Origin: Candidatus Woesearchaeota archaeon
GTDB lineage: Archaea > Nanobdellota > Nanobdellia > Woesearchaeales > SKIA01
DNA: 64,000 bases
Reading direction: 5' to 3'
Assembly (NCBI GenBank): GCA_046704725.1
Contig: JBJKRI010000006.1
Span: 128,001-192,000 of the forward strand
The translations under genes and the position numbers were made by a program. Below, one piece after another: positions 10,403-20,500 of the stretch. Under the pieces are notes generated by a model. That model searched no databases. It was not told the origin of the DNA and was given only the letters and a program-made list of their open reading frames with translations. The stretch's first letter is position 1. Every line of letters starts with the position of its first letter.

Positions 10403-10683
10403 GGAGCCAGGCAGCGCTCATATTGTTCATCGCGGGGATGCTCGTCGCGGCGCTCGCTGTCGGAGCGATCGTCCAGGTCGTGCGCAACCAACCGACCACG
10501 GCCGACGTCACGGCGCCGGCGAGCAGCCCGACCATACAGCAAGTCGGGGTCTGGAGCGTCTCGAACCAGAGCGCGCAATACGTGACGATCGACGTGGCCG
10601 GCTCGAACACGCCCGTCGCGCTCAACAGCACGCTCGTGACGTTGAGCATGCAGTCCGGCACGGCGAGCTACACCCTCTCCTAG
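10399..10683 (+). CDS. Pilin/archaellin N-terminal-half-like protein
   Basis: MRSQAALILFIAGMLVAALAVGAIVQ resembles archaellin LIIFIAMLLVAAVAAGVLLQ; PVALNSTLVTL. Confidence 0.6.
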   Translation: MRSQAALILFIAGMLVAALAVGAIVQVVRNQPTTADVTAPASSPTIQQVGVWSVSNQSAQYVTIDVAGSNTPVALNSTLVTLSMQSGTASYTLS

Positions 10684-10721
10684 GCACAACCCTTTTTAAC
10701 CACTGAGCATCACGGAGCGGT

Positions 10722-11999
10722 ATGCAGGACATCAACGCCATCAGGGAGCGCACGGACGAGGTCCGCGCGAGCATCCAGGCGCGGCACAAGGACGTATTGC
10801 CGCTCGTGGACAAGGCATTGAGCCTGGACGCGGAATGGCGACGGGTCAAGGGAGACTTGGACGAGCTGCGGCACGACCGCAACACCGTCTCGGCCGCCAT
10901 CAACACGGCGAAGAAAGAGGGCAAGGACGCGAAAGACCTGCTCAAGAAAGCCAAGGAGATACCCGCCCTGCTCAAGGCGCTCGAGGAGAAAGAGAGCGGC
11001 CTGCGAGAGGAGCTCGACAAGACGCTCAAGGCGATACCCAACTTCCTCGACCCGCAGACACCCATCGGGGAATCGGAGAAGGACAACGTCGTGAAAGAGA
11101 CGCACGGCGGGACGCCCATGCCGGACTTCGAGCCCAAGAGCCACGTGGAGATCTGCGAGGAACTCGGGATAGCGGATTTCGACGCCGCACGGCGCACTAG
11201 CGGCAACGGCTTTTTCTTCCTCAAAGGGGATCTGGCGCTGCTCGACCAGGCGTTGCAACGCTACGCCCTGGACATCATGGTGGGAGAAGGCTTCACGCCT
11301 GTGGTCCCGCCCTACATGATCCGGCGCGACATCGTGGACGGCGTGGTGGACATCGCGTTCTTCGAGGAGAGCATCTACAAGATAGAGGACGAGGACGCGT
11401 ACCTCATCGGGACCAGCGAGCATCCATTGGTGGGCATGCTGACCGGACAGGACGTGGACAGCAGGGAACTGCCCATCACGTTGTGCGGCATCAGCCCGTG
11501 CTTCAGGCGGGAGCTGGGCGCGCACGGCATCGACGAGAAAGGACTGTTCCGCACGCACCAGTTCCAGAAGATCGAGCAGATCGTCGTGTGCCATCCAGAG
11601 CAGAGCGACGAATGGTTCGACAAGCTCCTCGACATCACCAAGAAGATCTTCACCGGACTGGAGCTGCCGTGGCACGAACTGGTCATGTGCTCGGGAGACC
11701 TCGGAGACCTCAAGACGAGGCAGAGCGACCTCGAGGTGTGGAGCCCGCGGCGGCAAGGATATTTCGAGGTGGGAAGCTGCAGCAACCTGACGGACGCGCA
11801 GGCGCGACGGCTCAACATCAGGATCGTGCATCCGGACGGCCAGCGCGAGTATGCGCACACCCTCAATAACACCGCGCTCGCGACGAGCAGGGCCATGGTC
11901 GCCATCCTCGAGAACCACCAGCGAGCGGACGGCACGGTCACCATACCCAAGGTCCTGCGCCCGTATATGGGCAACAAGAGCGTGCTCGGGAAAGCCTAG
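10722..11999 (+). CDS. serS: Serine--tRNA ligase
   Basis: N-terminal coiled coil, YLIGTSE, FRRE..GLFRTHQFQKIEQ, EVGSCSN, HTLNNT. Confidence 0.97.
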   Translation: MQDINAIRERTDEVRASIQARHKDVLPLVDKALSLDAEWRRVKGDLDELRHDRNTVSAAINTAKKEGKDAKDLLKKAKEIPALLKALEEKESGLREELDKTLKAIPNFLDPQTPIGESEKDNVVKETHGGTPMPDFEPKSHVEICEELGIADFDAARRTSGNGFFFLKGDLALLDQALQRYALDIMVGEGFTPVVPPYMIRRDIVDGVVDIAFFEESIYKIEDEDAYLIGTSEHPLVGMLTGQDVDSRELPITLCGISPCFRRELGAHGIDEKGLFRTHQFQKIEQIVVCHPEQSDEWFDKLLDITKKIFTGLELPWHELVMCSGDLGDLKTRQSDLEVWSPRRQGYFEVGSCSNLTDAQARRLNIRIVHPDGQREYAHTLNNTALATSRAMVAILENHQRADGTVTIPKVLRPYMGNKSVLGKA

Positions 12000-12038
12000 C
12001 CTGATAGGCATTAAATACTCGGCTGTCTCACGGCGCAC

Positions 12039-12662
12039 GTGGCGCGCGTACGATACTACACGTTCTGGCTGGCAGGAATCCTCGTCGTGGTCTTCGGGCT
12101 GCAGCAGATCGTGCCGTACCGCTTCGCCTGGCACGTCGGAGCGATCGAGCCGCAGTTCTTCATCTCGTTGTTCTCGCACGCATCGGTCGCGCACCTCTTG
12201 GGGAACCTGTTCGCCCTGCTCATCTTCGGCGGCATCCTCGAAGGGGTGATCGGGAGCACACGCCTCGCGTGGGTGCTCATCGCCGCCGGCGTCGCGGGAA
12301 ACCTCGCGGGGATCGGGACGTACTATAGCGTGCTCGGAGCCTCAGGAGCGATCTTCGGCGCCATCGGCACGCTCATCGTGCTAAGACCGCTCATGGTGAT
12401 CTGGCTGGACTTCCTGCCGTTGCCGATGATCGTGCTGGGCATCGGCTACGCCGTCGTGGAGACCATCGGAGCCATCGCGAACGCGGACCACACGGGGCAC
12501 CTCGCGCACCTCGCAGGATTCGCTGTGGGCGTCGTCTTCGGGCTCGCCTGGAGAAAGCAGTTCCCCGCGCCGCGACGGCTCAAGAGGTATCGCGACAGGA
12601 CGCGCGACAAGCAGATCGACGCGCAGCTCGACGAGTACGAGAAGCGCTATATGGGGGGTTGA
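12039..12662 (+). CDS. Rhomboid intramembrane serine protease
   Basis: H...HLLGN, GASGA and AHLAG motifs. Confidence 0.9.
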   Translation: MARVRYYTFWLAGILVVVFGLQQIVPYRFAWHVGAIEPQFFISLFSHASVAHLLGNLFALLIFGGILEGVIGSTRLAWVLIAAGVAGNLAGIGTYYSVLGASGAIFGAIGTLIVLRPLMVIWLDFLPLPMIVLGIGYAVVETIGAIANADHTGHLAHLAGFAVGVVFGLAWRKQFPAPRRLKRYRDRTRDKQIDAQLDEYEKRYMGG

Positions 12663-13420
12663 TCCTTCTTCTCCTTCCGGCGGCTACGGATCCACAGCAC
12701 CATCACGACAAGGCCGATGAGGACGACCATGCCGGCGCCGACATAATTCGGTCCGGGAACCTTCGCGGCCACTGGAGCGGGCTTCGGAGCGCTCTTCGAA
12801 GAGGCACTCTGATCGGGAGCCGTGGTGTTCTGCGAGGCGGTCGGTGACGGCGCGGGCGCCGTCGCGTTCGATGAGCCGGTCTTGCTCGCCGCGGAGGTCG
12901 ACGCAGGAACATTCGAAGAAGCGTTCGATACGTTCACCACGGCCGGCGGGACGGTCACATTCGTGGTGTTCGTCGTGTTCTGCACGGTCTGGTTCGGGCA
13001 GTCGGCCGGGCATTGCTCGCCCGGGTCGCAATAGCCGTCGCCGCACCACGGCGCGGAGGGCTGGCAGACATTGTGGACGCACGCACCGCCGCACTTCGTC
13101 GTCGCTGTGCACTTCTGGCCGAAGCCGACGCAATCGTTGCCGCACTTGTTCGTGATGGTCGCGTTGATCTGGTAGATGTGCGGATAGTACTGGACGCGGT
13201 CTTCGCTGATCGACTGCAAACAGACCACATAGATATCCTTGTTGTCGCACTGTCCCGGACGCAGGAGGAGCGAGTAGTACGGACCGGTGAGATAAAGCGC
13301 GCTGTTGTCGCCGGCGACGGTCACGTTGAAATGCTCTCCACCGATGGTGACGCCGTTGTCCGCGTAGAAGGTGGTGGCCGCGACGAGCAGCAACGGCAGG
13401 AGGAGGAGCACGGTGCGCAT
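12647..13420 (-). CDS. Cys-rich secreted membrane-anchored protein
   Basis: Signal peptide, CGDGYCDPGEQCPADC motif, S/T/P linker, C-terminal TM plus basic tail. Confidence 0.75.
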   Translation of the reverse strand: MRTVLLLLPLLLVAATTFYADNGVTIGGEHFNVTVAGDNSALYLTGPYYSLLLRPGQCDNKDIYVVCLQSISEDRVQYYPHIYQINATITNKCGNDCVGFGQKCTATTKCGGACVHNVCQPSAPWCGDGYCDPGEQCPADCPNQTVQNTTNTTNVTVPPAVVNVSNASSNVPASTSAASKTGSSNATAPAPSPTASQNTTAPDQSASSKSAPKPAPVAAKVPGPNYVGAGMVVLIGLVVMVLWIRSRRKEKKDQPPI

Positions 13421-13453
13421 ACCGCATAACCAGGGTGATGCGCTTATAAGCGT

Positions 13454-13744
13454 TTAGTTGAGCCGATGACCGCAGTGCCCGCAGAAGTTCGCCTTCGGGC
13501 TGTTGAGCGAGCCGCATACGAAACAGCGCTGCTTGCCCTCGACGTGCGGCGCCTTGGTGTGATAGGTATGGCCCTGCGCGACCGCGGGGGTGTCCTTGCG
13601 CCCGCGATAGAGACTGCCGATCCCCCAGAGGATGAAGACGACCCCGACGATGACGAACAATCGCAATGAGGACATGAGAAGGGAGACGACCACGACGACC
13701 GCTCCCACACCGAGCCAGACGAAAGGCGGGATGGAATCTGCCAC
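13454..13744 (-). CDS. Membrane protein with C-terminal zinc ribbon
   Basis: Two TM helices plus CFVCG...NFCGHCG. Confidence 0.75.
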   Translation of the reverse strand: MADSIPPFVWLGVGAVVVVVSLLMSSLRLFVIVGVVFILWGIGSLYRGRKDTPAVAQGHTYHTKAPHVEGKQRCFVCGSLNSPKANFCGHCGHRLN

Positions 13745-13776
13745 ACGATGAGACCGCGCGACAAGGGATTTAAGCC

Positions 13777-14829
13777 TTACGGGTTCCCGATATAGGGTCC
13801 CATCGTGCTGCGCGCGATGAACTCATCCGGATCCTCCCAGTACAGCCCGATGGAGAGGACCGCGGAGGCTGTGTACTGCAGGTCGGGCATCCAATCGCTC
13901 TCCTGACCGAGGAACGCTCGCAATGCATCGCGTGGCGGCCACAAGGGCGGAGGCGACGCGTGGGAGAACCGCCGCTCCTGCGCATGGAACCCGAGGAGCC
14001 ATTCCTTGTTCACGGCGAAATGCGAGAGCTCGTGCATGAGCGTGTACCCCCGCAATCGTTGGACGTTCTGCGCGGAGTACTGGGTCACCAGCAGATCGCG
14101 CTGCACCTCGGGGCTGTTGAGATTCATCCGCCAGATCACAGCGAACTGATGTTGATAGGCGGCGCACAACCCAGAGAGATCGCGCAGGCCGATGGTCCCG
14201 AGCGTGTAATCCCCCTGGACCGGCGCCGTGCTCCGCATCGGCTCCATGAAATGGGATGTCTTGGTGAACCAGAAGGTCGGCACGCCCGTGCTCAGCGATT
14301 CCTTGTAGGCGGGGCGCTCGCCGGCGACCAACCGCCAAGCGGTCCCCTCGATGGCCTCGCGGGAGAGATGCACAGAGATGTCGCCGCAGTCGTCGACGAA
14401 ACGGGCGTACAGGTAATGCACAGTCACGCCGGCGCAGGCCCGCCGGCCGTGGATGCTATTGTCGATGGCAGCGCCGAGGACCTCCTGGCTCCCCGTGTAC
14501 AGGGGGCCGAAGGTCGAGCCGTCCATGACGGCCTGCTGCTGCAAGAAGATGCCGGCGCTCCGCAGCGCCTCAGGAACGAGCAAGCGCTTCGCGGCATGCA
14601 GGAAGGACTGTCCCTCGAGGCTCGCGCGATACGCGTCGACGATCGTCCGGAGCGCCGTGAGCGCGACGAGATTGTTGAAGCGGAAACCCTCGGGGTGCGC
14701 CGGTCGGTAGACGGACAATGCAGGAGGGGCTTCAGACGGCAATTGCTGCGCGGCGAGCGGCGCCGCCGAGAAGACCGTCGCTGCGAGGCCGGCCGCGAGC
14801 GCGCGCCAGCGCAAGCCCCCTTTACCCAT
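13777..14829 (-). CDS. Secreted hypothetical protein, putative HExxH metallopeptidase (paralog of 889-1950)
   Basis: PLAAQ signal end, DDCG, GVPTF, HELSH, PDEF. Confidence 0.6.
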   Translation of the reverse strand: MGKGGLRWRALAAGLAATVFSAAPLAAQQLPSEAPPALSVYRPAHPEGFRFNNLVALTALRTIVDAYRASLEGQSFLHAAKRLLVPEALRSAGIFLQQQAVMDGSTFGPLYTGSQEVLGAAIDNSIHGRRACAGVTVHYLYARFVDDCGDISVHLSREAIEGTAWRLVAGERPAYKESLSTGVPTFWFTKTSHFMEPMRSTAPVQGDYTLGTIGLRDLSGLCAAYQHQFAVIWRMNLNSPEVQRDLLVTQYSAQNVQRLRGYTLMHELSHFAVNKEWLLGFHAQERRFSHASPPPLWPPRDALRAFLGQESDWMPDLQYTASAVLSIGLYWEDPDEFIARSTMGPYIGNP

Positions 14830-14933
14830 GCCGCAGACCGAGAAGCGGAGGTATATATTCCTTATCGAAGAGTAGGGTCTCACTGGACGCGCAGGCAGAC
14901 GCTTTATAAACAATCGTCCGCGAAAAGCCAAGA

Positions 14934-16913
14934 ATGGACGACGTCGACCATCTCGCCATCCTCTCGACGGTGCGGGAACTGCCCTTCCATGTGGGCAAGA
15001 GCACGCTCGTGGACATCCTCTCCGGAGCGGTGACCAAGAAGATGGTGGTGAACGACACCTACATGGAGCTCCAGGGCTACGGCAGCCTCGAAGGAGCGTC
15101 CAAGGACGCGATCGCCACGATGGTGGACAAGCTCGTGCGCAACGGCCTGCTCCGCATCGAGAGCCCCGAGGACAAGCCCTACTGGAAGCTCCTCGCGCTG
15201 ACCGCGCGTGGAGCGAAAGAGCTCAAGGAACCGAGCTTCCAGGACGCGGCCTACACAGGCCATTTCGAGACGGACGCGATGGATGCGGATAGCAAAGCGC
15301 TCATGGAGCAGTTCTCGTTCTTCCTCGAACGATATAACGACGAGCAGCGCCACGCCATCGTGTGCCCCGCGAGACGGGTGCGGTGCGTGGCCGGGGCGGG
15401 GAGCGGCAAGACCGCCGTCTTGACTGCGCGCGCGCAGTTCCTCACGCGCTTCCGCGGCGTCGCGCCGGAAGACGTGCTGGCCATCACCTTCACCAGGAAA
15501 GCGCGCAAGGAGTTGCAGGAGCGGCTCGGCACGCCCGTGCATGCCACGACGTTCAACGCGTTCTGCGAACGATTGCTCCGGAAAAATGGTCAGGGAAAAC
15601 CATTGGTCATGTACAAGCAGAGGATCCAGCTCTTCCGGGAAGCGATTGCTGGGATGGGCATCGAACCGGCAGCGCTCGTGCACGAATACTTCACGCCAGC
15701 ACAACGAAAAGAGCACCAGAAGGACGAGCTCCTCCGAAGGCTCATGAGCGACGTGTACGGCATCCTCGACCACTACGCGAACGAGGACGCCGACATCCCC
15801 ACGACCGGGGCGTCCCCGCTCGCCACCACACTGCTGCGCGTCGCACGACGCATCGCGCAAGCGATGGACGAGAAAGGCGTGCGCGACTACAGCGGGCAAC
15901 TGCGCGACGCGCTCTCATTCTTACGGAAGAGGCCGGAAGCGATTCCACGCTACGAGCACGTCCTCGTGGACGAGTACCAGGACGTGAACACCGCACAACA
16001 AGCGCTCCTCGAACTGCTCTCTCCGAAGCACCTGTTCGTCGTGGGGGACCCGCGACAGAGCATCTTCGGCTGGCGAGGAAGCCAGGTCGGATTCATCACC
16101 GAATTTGACGCGGACGTGACCGTGCAGCTGCGAAAGAACTACCGATCCGCGCGACGCGTCATCGAGCTCATGAACGCGACCATCGCGCCCATGGGACTGC
16201 CTGACCTCGCGACGACCACGGAAGAGGAAGGAGCATTGCAAGTCCTCTTCTACAAGAACGAGGACGAAGAACGCGCAGGTGTGGCGTCGCTCTTGGCGGC
16301 GGCGAACCACGACGACGTCTTCGTGCTCGCGCGGACGAACAGGCAGCTCGAGGAGCTCTCGGCGCTGCTCTCAAGGAACGGCGTTGCGCACACGCTGCGC
16401 CATGAGGAGGACGAGACGGACGCGACGGGCATCACACTGTCCACGGTGCACGCCATCAAGGGGCTCGAGGCGCGCGCGGTCATCGTCATGGGGTGCGCGG
16501 AACGGCACTTCCCCTGCAAGGTATCGGACCATCCGGTCATGGACCTCATCAAGGACCCATCCTTCGACAAGGAAGAGGAGGAACTGCGATTGCTGTACGT
16601 CGCCTTGTCGCGCGCGAAAGAGACCCTCGTTCTGACGCACGCGGGCGCCCAGAGCCGGTTCCTCGAAAAACCGCTCGCCCCCAAGCGGCACGGCCGCGAC
16701 GACGGTGCGTACGAGAGGCTGCGGCGCTGGCGAGCGCAGCAAGCGGCGAGCAAGGGATTGCCAGCGTACTGCATCTGCACGGACAAGACCTTGCGCGAGC
16801 TCACAGAGCTCCGCCCGCGCACCGCAGGAGAGCTCGAACAGGTGCACGGTATGGGACCTGCGCGCGTGGCGGAGTACGGCGACGCCCTGCTCGCGGAACT
16901 CCAAAAGCTTTAG
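14934..16913 (+). CDS. UvrD/Rep-like SF1 helicase with N-terminal RQC and C-terminal HRDC domains
   Basis: AGAGSGKT, VDEYQD, VGDPRQSIF, STVHAIKGLE, YVALSRA; RQC-like N-terminus; HRDC (LRRWR...PAY.I..DKTL). Confidence 0.88.
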   Translation: MDDVDHLAILSTVRELPFHVGKSTLVDILSGAVTKKMVVNDTYMELQGYGSLEGASKDAIATMVDKLVRNGLLRIESPEDKPYWKLLALTARGAKELKEPSFQDAAYTGHFETDAMDADSKALMEQFSFFLERYNDEQRHAIVCPARRVRCVAGAGSGKTAVLTARAQFLTRFRGVAPEDVLAITFTRKARKELQERLGTPVHATTFNAFCERLLRKNGQGKPLVMYKQRIQLFREAIAGMGIEPAALVHEYFTPAQRKEHQKDELLRRLMSDVYGILDHYANEDADIPTTGASPLATTLLRVARRIAQAMDEKGVRDYSGQLRDALSFLRKRPEAIPRYEHVLVDEYQDVNTAQQALLELLSPKHLFVVGDPRQSIFGWRGSQVGFITEFDADVTVQLRKNYRSARRVIELMNATIAPMGLPDLATTTEEEGALQVLFYKNEDEERAGVASLLAAANHDDVFVLARTNRQLEELSALLSRNGVAHTLRHEEDETDATGITLSTVHAIKGLEARAVIVMGCAERHFPCKVSDHPVMDLIKDPSFDKEEEELRLLYVALSRAKETLVLTHAGAQSRFLEKPLAPKRHGRDDGAYERLRRWRAQQAASKGLPAYCICTDKTLRELTELRPRTAGELEQVHGMGPARVAEYGDALLAELQKL

Positions 16914-16937
16914 TACCCTCCTGCACGGGAAAGGTCC

Positions 16938-17150
16938 ATGCCCAAGCGCGCGACAGCAGCACTCATCCTCGGCATCCTCGCTCTCGTGACCGGACCGGTC
17001 ACGGGAGTCCCCGCCATCATCCTCGGTGTTCGGGCGAAGCGAGCCGACGAGGGAGCGCTCGCGTACGCGGGGCTCGTGCTCGGCTGGATCGGCACGCTGT
17101 GGATACTCCTGCTCGCAGCCACATTCCTTTTCGCCTGGAGCAAGGCGTAA
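16938..17150 (+). CDS. DUF4190-like small membrane protein
   Basis: AALILGIL...PAIILG...LAYAGLVLGWI pattern. Confidence 0.65.
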   Translation: MPKRATAALILGILALVTGPVTGVPAIILGVRAKRADEGALAYAGLVLGWIGTLWILLLAATFLFAWSKA

Positions 17151-17183
17151 GCGATTTAAAGAGCGCCCTGTCGCTCACCGAAC

Positions 17184-17585
17184 ATGCAGTGGAAACGGCT
17201 ACGCGAGCCCGTAGTAATAATCCCCCTGGGATACGTCATCACCCTCGGGGCGTTCCTCGCGCCGTCGTACCAGCGGCAAGTGAAAGCATCGCTGAAGGAT
17301 ACCTTGACCAACGACGTGCAGCATGCCCAGCAAGTGACCGGGGCGCTCGAGCGACGCCTTAATGATTCGCGCATCCCCATCGAGCACCGGGCACGGGCCG
17401 CGCCCTACGTGCAGAGCGCCGACTCATCGTTCAGATCGCTCGCCGAACGATTGCAGAGACCGTCGACGGACAGCATCAGCACCTACCAGGCCGAGGCGCT
17501 GCAGGCGTGCGACAACGCGCGGCGCGCCGAAAGACTGCTGCAGGACACGATATACTCCGGCTGCGCAACGCGCTCAGGGCTCTAG
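17184..17585 (+). CDS. Hypothetical membrane-anchored protein
   Basis: N-terminal TM, helical remainder; TTTAAA upstream. Confidence 0.5.
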   Translation: MQWKRLREPVVIIPLGYVITLGAFLAPSYQRQVKASLKDTLTNDVQHAQQVTGALERRLNDSRIPIEHRARAAPYVQSADSSFRSLAERLQRPSTDSISTYQAEALQACDNARRAERLLQDTIYSGCATRSGL

Positions 17586-20500
17586 GACTGCTGCTCGAAG
17601 GACGGCGCCTGATCCATCGCATGCTCCCAACCCTCATTCGGAGGGCTCTTGGGCGGGCGGTGCGCGCGGTATTCGTGCCAAGCGTACGCGCCGATCGCGA
17701 TGACGGCGATGGCGAGGAGGACCCAACCGATCCAGCCGTTGCCGCCGCTCGGCGGGGGCGGCGTCGCCGTCGTGTTCGTGACGTTCTTCGGCGGCGTCGA
17801 GTTGGACGCGTTCGGATTCTGCTCGGGCGGTGGGGTGCCGGGCTTGGTCGGGGGCTGTTGTGTGATCGTGGAGTTCGTCGAGGGCTGCGTGGTCGGCGTG
17901 TTCGAGGCGGCGAACGATACCGCGAACGGGCTGAAGCCCGGCGTGCGCGCCTCGTAGGTGACCGACGTACTGTTCTGCGAGACGACTCCCGTGGGCAATT
18001 GCTGCCAGCCGTTCACGTAGTGCAAGAGGACGACGCCATAGACAGAGTAGCCGTGCGACGTGATCCAGCTCTTCGGGACGGAGAAGCGGATGGTCGCGTC
18101 ACCGACGAGCGAGCTGTCGGGCAGTCCTGTCGTATTGATGTCGAAGTACTGGTAGACCGGCCGTCCCACAGGATGCGGAGCGGACGTCTGGCCGATGGTC
18201 ATGCTCGCGTAGGCGAGGGTCTCGTTCACCTGGAAAGCGATGCGCATCACCGAAACGTTGGACGCGGGGACGGTCCACGTGTTCGAGCCGCCCGCCGAGA
18301 GCAATCCCCAGGTCTGGGTGGCGACCTTGGACACGGCCGAGGGAAGCGTGACGTAGCCACCACCGCCACCGCCACCGCCGCCACCAGTGGATGAGGTGCA
18401 GGATTGCGTCTGCGTGTCGGTCGTGTTCCCGCCGCCATAGCAGGTGCGGGTGCCCGTGCGCGACTGCGAGCTCGACGAGCACGCGCTCCAACTGCCGTAG
18501 GTGTACGTCGTGGTGCACGCCGCGGGCGTGATGGAGACATTGTTCGTCGGTCCGAGCGTGCTGTTGAGGTTGCCGCCATCGTCCTTGACGACGACCACGT
18601 AGATGTAGTTCGTGCCCGTCGTCGCGTTCGTATCCGTGTAGGAGGCGCTGGTGGACGTGTTGAGGGCTGCGCTCGTGTTGCTCGTGTTGAGCGCGCTCAC
18701 GTTCGTCGTGCGATAGATGTAATAGACGTTGCCGTGCGTCTCGGCGTTGCCTGCCGTGTCATTCGTCACGGCGGTCCAGGTGAGGGCGACGCTGCCGTCG
18801 GTATTCGTCGTCGCGTTCAGCGACGTGGGCGAGGACGGCGCGATCGTGTCGTTCGCCGTCACGTTCTGCGCCGTGAAGGTCGTGTTCTCATGGCCCAGAG
18901 AATTGACCGTCGTGACCGCGTACCAGTACGTCGTGTTGCTCACGGTCGTGTTGTCCGTGTAATCCAGTCCGCTGACGGTGGCGAGCGCCGACAGGCCCGA
19001 GAGGTTGGAGAACGAGGAGGCCTTGCGGTAGACCTTGTAGGAGACAGCGTCGGTCACGTTCGTCCAGTTGAGCTCGACGTTGCCGTCATGGTCCGTGTCG
19101 GCGACGGTGAAGACGGTCTGGTTAGGCACCGACAGGTTCACCGCGGTGAAGGTCTGCGTCGCCGAGGAGACCGCGTTTCCCGCCTCGTCGACGGCCGATA
19201 CGCTCCAATCGTAGAGGCCGGCCGCGAGGGTCCTGTTGAGGACCATGGTGCCGTTGGCCATCTGCCCCGTGCCGTTGGCCGTGCCGTTGACGTAGAGCGT
19301 ATAGTTGATGGTCGAGGCGAGGTTGTCGGTGAGCGTGAAGTTGAAGCCGACCGACGTGGATGTGTTGGAGCCGTTCGCCGGAGCGTTGATCGTGATGCTC
19401 GGCGCGGTCGTGTCCACCGTCACGGCCGTGGCGGACGTGTTGATCGCGTTGCCCGCATCGTCGGTCGCCTGGAGGACGAGAGAGTGGTTGCCCTGCGCGA
19501 GCGTCGGTGTGAGGTTTTCTGCCACGCCCGAGGACGCGTTCCCGCTGAGCGAGGCGGAACCGTCCACGAATAGCGTGTAGTTGATCGGGTCCGCGATATT
19601 GTCTGAGACGTTTATCCTCACGGTCGGCGTGGTGGTGTTCACGGACACGCCGCTCGACGGTGAGAGGATGGCCGCTGTCGGTGCGGTGCTGTCGACATGA
19701 AGCGTGAGGGATGTGCTGTTCACGCTGTTGCCGGCGTCGTCAGTGGCCTGCACGACGACGTTGTGCGTACCGTCCGCCAAGGAGGAGAGGTTCACGCTCT
19801 TCGCCGTGTTGTTGGTCGCGTTGCCGGTGGCGCTCGACGAGCCGTCCACGAATACCGTGTAATTGATGCTCGACGAATAGTCGTCAGTGAGCGTGAAGGT
19901 GATCTGCGGGGTGCTATCATTGGTCCATGAATCGTTCGCCGGCGCGGATATCGTGGATGTCGGTGGTGCTGTCGCGTTGAGCGTGATGTTGATGTCCTGA
20001 CTGCTGTTGAGCACGACCGAGCTGTTGTTCGCGAGCGTCGCGAGGACCGATATGGGATAGACACCGGAGGCGTTCGCCGAGACGGTGAGGTTGAACGACT
20101 CGGTCGCGTTCGACGCGATGGCGACGCTATTCCGCGTCGTGCTTCCGTTGAGCCAGGCAGAGACCCCGGGGGGAGCGTCCACGCTGAAGTTGTATGTCTC
20201 GCTCGTGTTCATGGTGTTGTTCGCGGAGAAGAGCATGCTCGTGTTCGCGTCGACGAGCGCGGAGAGGTTGTCAGTCGTCTGGTTCGCATACACCAGGGTG
20301 TAGGTCGTGCTGCCCGCGGTATAGCTGCTGAAGCCGAAAGAAGCGGGTACCTGCCATGTGCTTGACATGGCCGTGGTGGACAGCAATTGGACGCCCGGGG
20401 AGTTGCTGATGTCCGTGCAGTTGGTGCCATTATCGGCGCAGTGATAGAGCTTGTCGCCCGGATAGGGTATCTGCAGCTCGATGCTCTGCGCGCCGAGCTT

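Noticed and set aside
18358-18386. (CCACCG)n microsatellite
   Set aside because: Encodes the poly-Gly linker before the PGF-pre-PGF domain
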